From NCBI RefSeq assembly GCF_004010195.1, contig NC_057752.1, forward strand, positions 7,285,785 through 7,349,784: a stretch of 64,000 nt of DNA. The letters are read 5' to 3'. Below are positions 38,075 to 51,408 of the stretch, piece after piece. Position 1 is the first letter of the stretch. Each line of letters begins with the position of its first letter. The notes under the pieces are model-generated. The model saw only the letters and a list, made by a program, of their open reading frames with translations, was not told the origin of the DNA and did not search any database. This stretch comes from Chiloscyllium plagiosum. Taxonomy: Eukaryota. Made by a program: the position numbers and the translations under genes.

Positions 38075-38730
38075 GTGTCCTATTTGACCCTGAGGTGAGA
38101 TTACATATCAAAGTTAAGACTATTTCCATCTCTATAAAATCAACTGACTCTGCCCTACCTCAGATCGCCAACTGCTGAAATCCTTAAGCATGCCTTTACT
38201 ACTTGACCAGCACAATGCACACCTGGCCAGCCTTCCATCTTGCACCTTCCATAAACGTAAGCTCATTCAAATCTTTGCCAGCCATATCCTAACTCTCGCT
38301 GACCTATATTCATACCTGTTTATGTAATGACATGATTTAAAAATTCTCAACCTTGTTTTGGCATTCCTTCATGGCTTTGCCCCTTCATCTCGCTGCATGT
38401 TCTTCACAACTCTGAGATCTGAGCTCTTCTTATTGTGACCCGAAGTGTTTACCTGTTTTAAATCACTTCACCATTGATAGCAGTACATGCAGCTGTAAAT
38501 CCCTCAGCCTTGAATTCCCTCCCTAAGCCCATCCACCTCCCTGCTTCTCTTTCCTCCTTTAAATCACTCCTTAAAGCTTATCTATTTGAACAAATGTTTG
38601 ATCTACAAGTGTAGACCTGCTATCTCCTGCTGTGACTTTATGTTAAATTTTATTTGACTGTCCTGAAATGCTCTTTGGGATATTTCACTGCAAATAGGCA
38701 TTAAATAAATGCAAGTTTGTGGTTGTTTTG
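38075..38730 (+). mobile_element. L2 LINE 3' fragment
   Basis: tttgaccctgag..atttccatctc..gctgaaatccttaagcatgcctt..aaaattctcaaccttgtttt..aattccctccctaagccc..tcactccttaaagc; tail taaatgcaagtt. Confidence 0.7.
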
Positions 38731-38961
38731 TTGAACCTTGATGGTCAGTGACAGCAAAATACTTGATTGCAGAAGGTACTAGCCATGCCTGCGCCTCTTA
38801 TCAAGCATGGGAAACTCTGGCTGAAATCTTTTCTATCCTACTAAATCGAGGAATGCTGAAGCTCATCCCTCACGTGGCTGCTTTGGTTGAAATCAACTAA
38901 CATAGAATTAAGTCTGGGATATTATTGGCGTCACTGTTTAAATTAACCAGTGGGCACAATT

Positions 38962-39153
38962 TGAGAGTGTGGTGCTGAAAAAGCACAGCAGGTCAGCTGC
39001 CTTCTCTCGGAGCTTGGAGGCCTTCATCATGGTGGATAGAAGTGTATACAGACTGGATGTCCATGATGAAGATGAGGTGTTGGGGGCCAGGGAAACAAAT
39101 GTCTTGAAGGAGGTGGAGGGCATGGGTGGGGTCCCGAACGTATCCACTTTCAC
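38962..39153 (-). mobile_element. Penelope-like RT fragment fused to a PLE terminus
   Basis: YVRDPTHALHLLQDICFPGPQHLIFIMDIQSVYTSIHHDEGL resembles the PLE RT motif (F.MD..SLYTSI); imperfect TSD ccagtgg(gc/at)acaatt. Confidence 0.75.
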
Positions 39154-39509
39154 CCAGTGGATACAATTGTTGAGTTGTCAAATGGATGGGAAAGAGACCT
39201 CCTGAAATCTTTAGATATTAGGTATATTGCAAGGGTGTGTGTGTGTGTAAGCATATGAGGTGTCCACCACTGGAGAACCTTTGCGGATATTTATCTGTTG
39301 CTTATCAGTAGATGGCACCCATGCTATGTAAATTATCTCTGGTAGATATTTTTGAAAGTGCAAAAGACATTCCGCAATAAGCAAGTGCTTTCTTTGAAAG
39401 TGGATTGCAAATACAATTGTTCATTTCTAGTGTACCCATGTTTAGGGTCTGGAGGACAATGAATAGACACACATTGTGCACTGTAGTTTATGAAATAACC
39501 TAATAGAAG

Positions 39510-40259
39510 TGTTATGAAGTTGGAGGTGTATTCTGTACCTTTAAAAGAGAGTGAATGCTGTTTTGCACAGAGAGTTTGCATGCAACTGTCGTGTGACTGA
39601 CTAGCAGTCTCAGAGTGTACTGCAAAATTGAAAATATGTAACATTTGGCTGTAAACTAGAGTTGTTTTAACCACAATTCAAATTTAACCAATCAGTTTAA
39701 ATTATGCCCCAAGATACTAAATTTGTTTTTGAATTTTGTTTTTGCCAACCTTGAACCAATGAGATGATCTGATGTTTGGGTATAAAGAAGCAGACATTTT
39801 GAAAGTTAGACAGAGAGACCAACTGCCAGTGACAGAGTAACTGCCAGCAGAACACTCTCAATCAGAGGTACCTTTTTCATATGAAACATCTTTGCAATAA
39901 AAGTTAGAAGATGACCCAGGGAGATCTACAGCCGAAAGAAGGAGGACACTGACGATGACAGCCACTGCATGGTTTTGAAATTAAGTTGATGAAATTTTAA
40001 TACGAGTTTTTATGGGAACGGTTTATTGTTATAGAGTTGGAGGTAGATAGCAAGCATTTAAGAGAAAGGAGGCTTAGAGTTCTAAATAGTAGTTGTTTAA
40101 TGTTCACTTTTAGAGTTAAAGAATAAATTGATACTTTTTCTTTAAATAGTGGGATTTGGGAGTTCTCTGTTACTCATACTTTAACAGATTATGAGGCGAG
40201 GTAAACTTTTCAGGGTGTTTGGTCTAATTAGCAGAAGGGTTCACCATCATGTCATAGCA
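39510..40259 (+). mobile_element. Solo LTR
   Basis: Termini TGTTATGA...TCATAGCA (near-perfect inverted), flanks gaag/aaag, internal CCAAT boxes, TATAAA at about 39781 and AATAAA at about 40122. Confidence 0.75.
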
Positions 40260-40730
40260 AAAGGTGTTGGTGAATTACACCACCTCGGTATGGTAATTTG
40301 CAATGATGTGTCCAGGCAAATATTTTTGAAGAATTATATCGTTAATGTTAAACTGTTCATGTAAAAGCTGGCATGCCTCAGTATGGTGAACCATGTATTA
40401 CTTGGATGCTTTGGACAATATATTTTATTTACATTAAGTGGATAATTTTAGCTGAGAAAAATGTATGACATTGAGTAGACTTAGTTCTGATGTTAACAGA
40501 ATAATTTATAAAGATGGAAAGAGCAAATTATCTGATTATTTGGAATTGTACAATAATTAACAAGTTAAACTGTAATTTCTTGGAGGACAAATTTTGCACA
40601 ACCAAGTAAACTAAGCAAGACGAAAGTTACAAAATGACATAGTCAACTCCAGACTGATGTAAATTGGGAATTGTAAAATATAAAACAATTTTGTGTTTGC
40701 CTTATACAAGCATGACACTGAAATATGGAA

Positions 40731-40827
40731 TAAAAACAAAGTGCTGGAGAAATTCAACAGGTCTGGCAGCATATGTGGAGAGAGAAACAGAGTTAACATT
40801 TTGAGTCCAATATGACTCTCCTTCAGA
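40731..40827 (-). mobile_element. Short PLE terminus with degenerate hammerhead core and 14-bp TSD
   Basis: actgaaatatggaa at 40717-40730 and 40828-40841. Confidence 0.7.
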
Positions 40828-41209
40828 ACTGAAATATGGAACCCTGATTGAAGTCATATTTCTCAAAGATGTGTTCCAATGTACAGCACAGTAATCCTGG
40901 TCAATCCATTACCAAAATTGATCTCAAGGCAGCGTCGTCTTTTAGAATATTAACGTAAGATTTTAAATCCAGGGTCAGTGAAAGGACCCCAAATCAGTGA
41001 GGATATCAGATTTCTACCTGTTTTTTATATTTTTCTACATATGTGATCTACTTGCATAGTATTTCATTTGCTATATCGTAATGAAAAGCATGAAATGACT
41101 GGTTTCCCTTGGGTAGCTGATACTGTCTTTTGAAAGATGGAACAGAGTTTGTGGTAAAAACTGAAAACAATACTCCTGATCTTCCTAATGTTTTATTGAG
41201 GCATTTTGT

Positions 41210-41670
41210 TCTCACTCAGGACTGGATGTTGGACAGGATTCAGTCAGGATAGATGCAGTGAAGGGTTTAAGTAAGCTGGCGGTGAGGTCAAACTGGGTGT
41301 CATTAATGTACTTCTGGGACTGGCTGTTGCATTTTTCGATGATATGACCGAGGTGCAGTGTGTGTTGATAGGAGGGGACCCAGCATATGTACTTGGAACA
41401 CTCCAGAGATATTGGTGCAGGAGTGGTGAGAAAACTCCTTTCAGGAAATTCTCTGATTATGACTGGATAGGTAATTATGCAGTGAGGTGAGGGCAGTCCC
41501 ATTCAGATAACTGGCAGAAAAGAGATATTGGAGGAAAATGGTGTGGCCACTTGTGTCAAAAATTGAAGACAGGCCAAGGAATGTGAAAAGGGAGACAGCC
41601 TGATTGGAAATGCTCAAGCATGGAGCTGCAGGAACAATGCAAGGTTGGGAAGGTATTAGTTTAGTTGGAG
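41210..41670 (-). mobile_element. L2 LINE RT fragment
   Basis: Minus strand resembles GVPQGS.LGPL..LGHII..KYINDTQFDLT. Confidence 0.6.
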
Positions 41671-42520
41671 TTGGTGAATTTGCGAATAATTTGAGAACAT
41701 TTTAACTTCTAGTACTTTGAATTACCTGAAAGAAAATGTCACAGAGGCTTACTTGATGTCAATTTCTAGACAAGTCTCCTATTTTATTCTATTTGCAGTC
41801 TGTTCGCAGAGAACCGCTGTAATATTTGTCATCTAATGTGTGATTGAAATACATGGAAAAGATGGACAACCGTTATGTCACAAGCACTTTGAGACTTTTT
41901 TTACATTGACCTTTGTTTACATAGCACCTTTCACAACCCCAGGAAGTCCCAAAGTACTTCACAGCTAATGAAGTACTTTTTCAAATGTGTTCAATGTAAC
42001 TTTAAGAGGTGTATTTTGTCCTGTTTATTTTATAAAGAAAGGTTGAGTCAGAGGTTGAGACAAATGATGAGGACAGTGATGGAGAGCAATCCCATCATAG
42101 CCAAAGGCCAGGTGAGGAACTGTTTAAATATGTCTTAATTATTGCTAAATTTCAACAAGAAGGCTGTAGAAACCTTTTTCATTTCATTTGAGAAAGTGGC
42201 TAAATAAATGAAATGGTCGGTGACCATGTGGTATTGTTGATCCCAATGAAGATACTAGGTAGAGCTAGTGAGGCATTTGCATTGCTCATAGAGGAGGTAT
42301 CTGTGGAGTATGATGAGGTGAAAAAAGCCATCTTAAGTGCGTATGAGCTCGTGCCATAAGCCTCCAGACAATGTTTTAGGAACCTAAGGAGGGAACCTGG
42401 TCAAATGTACATAGAGTTTGGAAGGATTTTGATACTTTAATAAGGGCATTGAAAACAGACCTAACATATGACATCTTAGAGAGATGATTATTGTGGAGGA
42501 GTTCAAAAATTCACTTCCTG

Positions 42521-43056
42521 AAGTAGTGAGAACTCATGTGGAAGAGCAGAGATTTAAGACTGCTAGATTAGCAGCGGAAATGGCAGATGATTATGAGTTG
42601 GTTCATTGAGGAAAAGAGAAATCGTCAGGTGGTAAGGGAAAAAGAGATTTCATTGAAAATAGTAAAGATAATTTACCACAGGGTAAAAAAGAAACCTAAG
42701 AGGGGAAGAGAAGTAAAGAAACTCAGGTGTTTTCACTGCAATAAAGTAGACCATATGAAGTTGCAGTGTTGGTGGTTTAGAAAAAGCACTGGGAAGACGG
42801 ATGTGGGAAAACAGTATAAGCAGCGAGTTTTGTTGAAGTAGTAAAGAAAGCACAGATGAAGCTAAAACTGCGAAAAAATATACAATCTATCTTGTCAGGG
42901 GTTGGTTGAGAGGTAAGTAGTGAGAACTCATGTGGAAGAGCAGAGATTTAAGACTGCTAGATTAGCAGCGGAAATGGCAGATGATTATGAGTTGGTTCAT
43001 TGAGGAAAAGAGAAATCGTCAGGTGGTAAGGGAAAAAGATTTCATTGAAAATAGTA
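42521..43056 (+). repeat. Near-perfect direct repeat of about 143 bp (42521-42664 and 42915-43056)
   Basis: The copies differ only by a 2-bp GA indel as read by eye. Confidence 0.95.
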
Positions 43057-44190
43057 TTGCCAGAAAAAGTGATAATATGTGGAATTCATGGCGAAAAGCA
43101 CAGTGTTCCATTAAATAAAATAAGAGTCCGATGAATAGTGGTGAAGTGGTGGTAGGAATAATAGAGAAATTCTCAGTTCCAGAAATACAGTTTATTCTTG
43201 GTAATGACATAGCTGGATCACCGGTGCAGTGATGCCTTCTGTGGTTGATAAGCTAGTGGAAAATCAAGCAACTGAGATGTTACAGGAAGTATATCCTGAG
43301 ACTCTTCCTGACTGTGTGGTAATACAGTCACAAAGCCACAAGCAGAAACAAGAGGAGAAATCAAAGAATAAAGACAAGGAAGTTGAAGTTCAATTATCAG
43401 AGGCTATGTTTGATCAAATGGTTGAGAAAAACACAATAACAGGTGGAGGACAATGTGGATATTTTTAGTTCAGAGAAATTAACTGAATTACAACAGGAAG
43501 ATGAAAAACTAAAGCAGTTGTATCAAAACGTATACACAGAAGAAGAATCTGAGTGTATCCCAGAATGTTACTTAAAAATAATGTCTTTATGAGGAAATAA
43601 AGACCATTACATGTTCAGGTGATGAGAAAGGGGCAGAAGTTCATTAAGTTGTGTTACAGGTGGGTTATAGAAAGGAGATGTTGCGCGTAGCATATGAGTA
43701 ACCAGTAGGATTTCATTTGGAAGTAAGGAAAACTCAAACCAAAATGCAAAAACATTTTTATTGGGCTGGACTGCATAAAAATGTGGTTGAAATTTTCCAG
43801 TCATGTCAGGTAATTGGAAAACCTTAGGCAGTGATAAAACCAGCACACTTAATACCCATTCCCGCATTTGAGGAGCCTTTTACGAGACTAATAATTGTTT
43901 GTGTAGGACCCCTACCTAAAACATAAAGTGGGAATCAGTATTTGTTAACCATAATGGATGTGTTCACTAGATTTCCAGAAGCTATTCCATTACATAGTAT
44001 CATGGCGAAAAGGATTGCAGTAGAGTTCCTCATTTCATTATTAGACATGTACTACCCAGAGAAATACAGTTGGATCAAGGGTCAAATTTTACATCAAAGT
44101 TATCCAGGGAAGTTATGGATAGCTTAGAAATTAAACTATTCAAATCTATTGCATACATTCCAGAACGGTGGCATCAAACTTTAAAGACAT

Positions 44191-44400
44191 GGGGTAGCAT
44201 GGTGGCTCAGTGACCCAGGTTCAATTCTAGCCTCAGGCGACTGTCTATGTGGAGTTACACATTCTCACTGTGTCTGTGTGGATTAGCCATGGGAAATGCA
44301 GGGTTCCAGGGATGGGGTGGATCAGAGTAGGATGATCTTCAGAGAGGCAGTATGGTCTTGATGGGCCAAATGGCTTGCTTCCACAGTGTATGGATTCTAT
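44191..44400 (+). mobile_element. HE1-type SINE nested in the Gmr1 integrase
   Basis: ggtggctcagtg..ccaggttcaattc..gactgtctatgtggagtt..ggattctat; the integrase frame HQTLKT|MLRAY resumes after it. Confidence 0.85.
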
Positions 44401-47400
44401 GTTGAGGGCTTATAGTCAAGACCATGCAGAGGATTGAGATAAAGGAATTCCGTATGCATGTTTTGCAGTGAGGGATGCACCGAATGAATCAACTAAATTC
44501 AGTTCATCTGAATTAGTTTTTGGGATTGACGTGAGAGAACAATTGAAATTAATTAAGGAGAAATTGATAAGTCAGAGTTCAGAGACCATACATTTGGACT
44601 ATGTGTCAGGTTTTAGAGAATGATAGAATAGATCAGGTGAGTTGACTAGACAATATCTGAAAGTTGCACTGCATGTGATGAAACAGGAAGCAGATAAAAA
44701 ATCAAATATTTGTAATTTTGCTCGTGGAGATAAAATGTTAGTGTTACTCCCATTGGCAGGTGAACCTTAAAAGGCAAGGGCCTTTAGTGGACCTTATCAA
44801 ATCAAAAGGAAATTAAGAGAGGTGAATTATTTTACAAGAACATCATCTGGAAAGAAATACGAGAGTGTGTCATGTGAATATGCTCAAAAGGTATCTTGAT
44901 AGGGAAGGAACCCAAAAAGAGAATGCGTTACTAGTTATAACACAGAGTGAAGAACCAAGTTCAGATGATTCTGAATTAGACATCCCTCTAATTATATTGG
45001 ACAATGGGGAAGTGCTCAAAAATTGGAATAAATTACTGAGTTACCTTCCAGAGGAAAGTTGAAATGACTTGAAAGTGTTTTTACATCACATAGGAAGGTA
45101 TGTGGTAATATACTAGGGAGTACTAATCTGCATGATGTAGATCAAGGAAATGTGGTTCCAAGTAAGCAACATCCTTGTGGACCTAACCCTATAAAGTTGG
45201 CACATGTTCAAAAAGGGATTGAAAGCATGGTCAAAGGCAATATAATCGAAGTGAATTGCAGCGAATGGAGTTCACCTACAGTAATAGTGCCAAAAACCAG
45301 AGGGTACCCAACGATTATGTGTGGACTATCATGAAGTCATTGCAGTTGCAAAATCTGAATCATATCCTCTTCCACATTTGGAAGTATTGAGAAGGTGGAC
45401 AAGCAACTTGTATTTCAAAGTTGAACTTACTCAGTGATGCTGGCAGGTACCTTTCTCCGAAAGAGCGAAGAAAATTTTGGCTTTCATGATGCCGAATGGA
45501 CCACACCAGTTTAAAGTTATGTAATTTGGTATGAAAACTGCACCAGCTACATTTCAAAGTCTAATCAATAAAGTGATTTCGGGATTACTCAATTGTTTGG
45601 TGTACATCGACAATCTGGTGATTTTTAGTCACAAATGGAGGGAACATTTGGAGCATCTATTGGAATTGTTTGATCGACTTTGGGAGGCAGGCTTGGTGAT
45701 CAACCTGGCTAAGAATGAGTTTGCAGAACTCCAAGTCACGTCCTGGATCATGTCATTGGACATGGACAAATGGCCCCACAGGATGTGAAAACAATGGTCA
45801 TTGGGAAGCTTCCCATACCATCAACGAATTGGGGAGTACTACAATCACTGGGACTGAGTAGTTTTTATTGGAAGTTCATACAGAATTTTGGCAGTGTGTT
45901 TGCTCCAGACTGACTTATTGAAGGAGTGCATAAAATTTCAGTGGACAGAGGAATGTCAGAAGGCAGCCTGAAAACTGTGTTAACTACTGCCCCAGTGTTA
46001 GCCACACCTAATTATGCAAAGCCATTCAAAGTGGCTATCAATGCGAGTGATGTGGGTGTTGGTGCTGTACTCTTACAAGAAGATGACAGGAAGATAGAAA
46101 GACCTATTTAATATTTTTCCAGAAAATGTAATTATCACCAACAGAAATATTCCACAACTGAGATGGAGACCTCGAGTTTAGTGTTGGCGTTGCAAGGTTT
46201 CAACATTCTATTGCCAGTAATGTGTCTGAAACTATTGTATATACTGATCATAACCCCTTAAAGTTTTTGGAAAAATTTAAGGATAAAAATATTTAGATGG
46301 AGCTTATTATTGCAGCCAGTCAATTTGAAAATTCTACACTGGGTAGGACGAATTAACATAATTGCCAATGTATTGCCATGACTTTGATCAAAGAAGACAG
46401 AGGCGTTTGGTGGTGGACTGTAGTATTTGTTTGCATGCTTAAAGTCAATATAATGTATTTGTATTGGAGTGTTTTATTACTGTAAGGCTAAAGGTTTTTG
46501 AAAATGAAGCCATCTTCGTATATTTATTGTTCTTTTTTTAAAGCAGGGAGATGTGATGATACTGTGGCTTTAAGAGTTGTACCTTGTCCTGTTTTTTTCT
46601 TATGAAGAAAGGTTGAGGCAGAAGTGTGTTTTGCTTAAAATCAAGTAATTTGACCAATCAAATTACACCTGGAATGCAATGCCTTGCACTTACCTTTAAA
46701 ATAAAAAAATGTTTAGACTCCAGGCTATTATCTTAATATATTTTTTGAGGGGATTTGGTCTGGTCCACAACATCAATGTTGTCATTTAGGAAATGCAGCA
46801 GCTAATTTGCAAACATTAGATTCCTACAAGCAGCAATGTGTAATGATGGAAACATCTATTTTAATGATGTTGTTTGTGGGACTAATCTTAGTAAGGATAC
46901 CTAGGTTAGCTCCTCAGCTCTTCTTCAAAATAATGCCATAGAATCTTACAACCGCCTGAGAGAGCAGATGGTAAGTTGGTTTACCATCTCATCTGAAAGA
47001 CAACATCTCCAATAGAGCTACAACTGAGACAGTAAGACAGCATAAATATGTCATTCTTGTATTAATGGGACCCTAAACAAATCACCTCACAATTTAAAAT
47101 TTCACTGTAGATAAACTATAATAAAAAAGGAATTTAAAAGATTTAAAAATGTTATTAAAATGTATTATTTCCTGTGTTCAGTTCTTCAGTTCAGTCCTGC
47201 CTACTGCTTACCTTCAGAATTGGTCCTGGCTTCAAAGCAGAAGTTCCTGTCAGGCTGATATTAATTGACAAGGCGAATCTCCTGTTTGGGAGAGGAAATA
47301 TCTTGGCTTGCCAACCTAATAGTGACTAGTAGGTGAACTAACTCTGGGAACTATAAGAACCTTGCATAATAACATTCATCTAAGTATCTTGATTTAAATT

Positions 47401-47573
47401 GCATGCAACCTCCAAAGGAACTGTAATATAGATGACATAAAAGCACGACAGGTAACAATAACTAATTAAAAAAATAGAAAATTCAGGGTGCACGATTTTA
47501 GCAAACTTATACCACATTGGCAACAAGTTTTAAAACCAATTTGCACTGATACTTTGTGAATGTTGGTGCAGCT

Positions 47574-47837
<264 letters not shown>

Positions 47838-48978
47838 TTACTTAGAATCATATATAACCAGGGAGGAGCGGATCTATCCAGGATCAGAAAAATGGTGCCA
47901 CATATATTTTGTATGGCCTTTTCTGAACTTCAACAAGAAGATATTAGATTTTTCATCGAGGAACACATTTGGGAAAGGGAAAGGAAAATTCTTTTGAAAA
48001 AAAATCAAAAATGGGAGAATCATTGTGCTGTGATTGTGTTTTCTGAAAATTCATCTTTTTAAGGTAGTGTTTAAGATAGTGCAGGGGAAAATATACACTT
48101 CTACATTCTACAATAAACTAGGATCCCTCCCTTTATTGCAAAGAAGCAAAACGTCTGAACTGAACCATCACAAAGTGTGCTACAGTTGGCAGACACTAAA
48201 TATTGTAGTCAGAATTTCTTGGACTGAGAATATTTTCTGCTGTCAAGAACCTTTATGAGTTCCAACCCCATTTGAATGAGAAGTGTGCCTTACAGTTCAA
48301 TCTCCCAGAATGTGGCCAATTAAGAAAACACCTTTAGGATCAACATCCAATTAGGGACAGTAGCTGACCTGAGAAGACAGAAGATCAAAATAGCACTTCC
48401 TGTCGTGAGGGTGGCTAGCAATCTTCTGTCTGTGCAGTGAGAATGCTGCTGATGGGAATGCAACAGGAATGAGAGAGTGCAATAGAAATGCAATTAGGAT
48501 GATGGGAGCAATTGCCATTGCATCAACGATGAGTCTCTAGGCGCTTCTCACAATGGCAAGCCTCTGCCGGTGGGAAATACCATTCATGTCATTCTTAGAC
48601 TTGGAAACTTAGAAAATCTTGAACTATCACACCACTCTGACTTCCCACCATGCAATTCAGAGAAAACTTTCTCCTATTTCAAAAAAAAATCAGATGGATT
48701 TTTAATTTTGTGAAAAGCCATCAATGTAAAACAATATTTTAAATAATCTTTAATACAAGTTGTAAAGGGATTGTTAACAATCAGAAAAACGGAATTAAGA
48801 CTTAATAACTCTCCTTCTATAAGTAATACATTTCCTATTAATACCAGCATTTAGCCCTCACTGTCAGTCGTGAACACTATTAATTAATTCATTGGTCCCA
48901 TAGACAAAGAAAGACAGATTTTGTAGTGCAGTGGAGCACAATGCATTAAAGTATGAAGGCATATAATTGATTTCCCTT

Positions 48979-49574
48979 TGTGATGATGCTGCCCCTTTAA
49001 CAAGGTTATGTTGTCCTTGGGTTTTTTCAAGATGGGGTCGTAAAGACAGAGGTTCTGATATGTCTGGAAATGGCTACTTGAAAACAACGGTAGCGGAGTG
49101 GCCAGTTCTCCCAGTTCAGGATTTTTTTTCTAGTTTGATTTTGTTTTTGCAGGCAGTCGGAAAACTGCTAGCAGCAGAGAAGCTGCTACAGTGAAGCAAA
49201 GTTCCATGGTTGAACAGATATTTCTTGTCTGATCCCTCTCTGAAACCTCCCCTGCCTGTAAGAACCTGTGTTTGAATTTACCTTTTGCCAAGGGGTGTGT
49301 TTATGGGATGTTGCAGGTATTGGAACAGCTTTGTTAAGTTGTGATAGAGTCGGTTGCGTTTTCAAATAGTTAAGTTATTCTGAATTCAGTTTTCTTTTGT
49401 TTGTGTTTCAACAGTAGTGTTTAAATAAATTCTGTTTTGTTCAAAGCTGAGTGGTTTGACCAGCTGCATCACACATGGAATATTCACTTTCCATCTGCCT
49501 TTAAAATAAGAAGTAGTTAGGGTCTGGGCTACCTTCTTAAAACATTTTGAGGGGGTCTGGCCCGGTCCATGACA
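48979..49574 (+). mobile_element. Solo LTR related to the Gmr1-like LTR, within the DNAJC22 coding intron (antisense to the gene)
   Basis: TG...CA ends with exact TSD cctt (48975-48978 / 49575-49578); start tgtgatgatgctg..ctttaa and end ttttgaggggg..tggcccggtccatgaca resemble 46552-46772. Confidence 0.85.
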
Positions 49575-50565
49575 CCTTGAAACAAATGCCTGAAATCTAA
49601 AAACAAGCCCTCTGCTAAAACTACTTAAAATGGACACTGTGACAATTAATAACTGCAACCCTACCCTCATAGCACTCACACTCGCCTAGCTTTATTGCCA
49701 AGAAACTCCATTCACTTCCCATTGTCATTAAGAAGGATTGAAGACCAATAAAAACATTCCATCATATTTCTTCTTCTTCCCCACATCCCATTCCTGTACA
49801 AGCCTCACTGAAAAGAACATTGACCCTGATATGTTGCATTCTCCTCCCACTAAGAAGAAAAGCATCCCTTACGCATTGCCCTCACCCCTTTGCCATTCCC
49901 TCATTTTACTAGATCTCCACCTTTTCATATACCCCTGCACTATCCACTCATTTGCTTTATGCATGCTCCTCTGACTTCTTAAATATTCAATTTATGTATA
50001 GTTGTGAATAATCCCCTCTGCAATAAGGATTTGCAGGACTGACTGCATTCAAGATAACCAGATAAATAGGTCTGCCTGTGGCCTAACAGATGGTTTTCAA
50101 AAGGACTACTATAAGCCATAACCAACTGAATGAGGAGCAGAGAGCTACTCCTAACTGCCTGTATGATGCTGCCACCCACCACTTCCACAGGAACCCCAGA
50201 TTCTCACTGCTGCTCAGTACCTCCAAAAATGAAGCTGGTTTGTGTCCTTCCCAATCCCCGCCTCTATTCACTACCATACTATCTAATTATCACTATCCAC
50301 CTGACTAGATTGCATTTTTCACCCTCCACTCCTTAAGGTCTCCTTAAACTATTTACCTGATGGCTGTTTCTGGCTTTACAGGAACTTAAAACCCATCTCC
50401 ACAATAATGAAGTTCAAAGCCCTGTATCACATACAGTTCAGACCTATCCATTCAGCTGTGCTGGGATGTCTAGATTGGAAGTGAGAGGGGGAAGAAAGAA
50501 TAGATAGGAATGTTGAAGTGTATACTGTGATATGGATCAAATAGAATTCTGTGTTCAAAAATTAC

Positions 50566-51408
50566 CTCATATGCCAACCTTTTTCTTTCGGTCTGTATGG
50601 CAGAGATGGATGCAAATAGCTTTTCCCACTCCGAATTGTATCCATAACTTAATCCTATTCCACCAGTAAACAGCTTCCACGTATGGTATGGGAGGAGGAA
50701 TGCAGATTCAAGAAGATCACTAAGCATTGGGAATATTCGGACTGAATCTAGAATAAGGCTGATGGTGTCTGTGATGTATAAAACTGTAACTGTAGTATTG
50801 TGCAACACGCAGTAAGAAATTGGCATTGTGAAAGCCAGCCAAGCTAGACCTAGTCTATAGAGTCGGACGCTCAGGTTGTCTTCTGTGTGACTTGGAGTCT
50901 TATAATGACGGTGTTGCATCGAGGTAATACTGGCAACAATACTAATTGGTACTGTTGCAATGGGTCTTCCGTAGAATATAGGAGACGTAATGAATGAAGC
51001 TATCATTGTTGTCTTTACGTTGGAGGTTTCTTCGCCAACACTGGCTACAAGGTGAACACCCAGTGTTATTGCAAGTGGCAACGCCATGATGTAGAAGCCA
51101 TTTAATGATGATAGACTTACAAGAGCAATAAAACCAAAATAAACTCCAACTGCAATTTGACCAATGACACGGACAATGCTCATTGGTGGTTGTAGATATC
51201 TTAATTTTTTGACCTTATTGTGGTAAATGTTTGCATTTTGCACATACTTCGGCAGTTGCCAGATTTCCCTAATCCATCCGACTCCAAATCCACCAAATGT
51301 CACCATCCATAGTAAGGCATGACTGTCTCTTCCAAGGTAGATGTGATGGAGACCAAAAAGTCCACCGCATGACCAAAGGACGTAAGTGATCAGCAGACTC
51401 TTTGCCAT
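50566..51408 (-). CDS. DNAJC22: DNAJC22 first coding exon (TM2 domain and transmembrane region, 281 codons)
   Basis: MAKSLLITYVLWSCGGLFGLHHIYLGRDSHALLWMVTFGGFGVGW... matches vertebrate DNAJC22/Wurst; donor GAG|GTAATT after LAYE; spliced product is 340 aa. Confidence 0.97.

Larger units (their letters stand above)
41995..46772 (+). mobile_element. Gmr1-like Ty3/Gypsy LTR retrotransposon (gag-[PR]-IN-RT-RH), non-functional
   Basis: TG...CA termini with TSD tcaa (41991-41994 / 46773-46776); gag FFISFEKVA and zinc knuckle CFHCNKVDHMKLQC; integrase LTIMDVFTRFPEAIPL and FSGPY; RT APATFQSLIN..YIDN; RNase H PFKVAINASDVGVGAVLLQ; polypurine tract before the 3' LTR (46552-46772); 5' LTR truncated at about 42060. 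Confidence 0.93.
41915..47030 (-). mobile_element. Deu-SINE split by the LTR retrotransposon (halves at about 41915-41994 and 46773-47030)
   Basis: The halves rejoin as ...cacagctaatgaagtactttttcaaatgtgttcaa|tgttgtcatttaggaaatgcagcagctaatttgc..., collinear with the 1660-2045 copy. Confidence 0.75.

Noticed and set aside
50470..50565. ORF-track C-terminus VIFEHRILFDPY...SLPI of the 312-aa ORF
   Set aside because: Intron read-through past the GAG|GTAATT donor; the true C-terminus is the J-domain exon at 47574-47753
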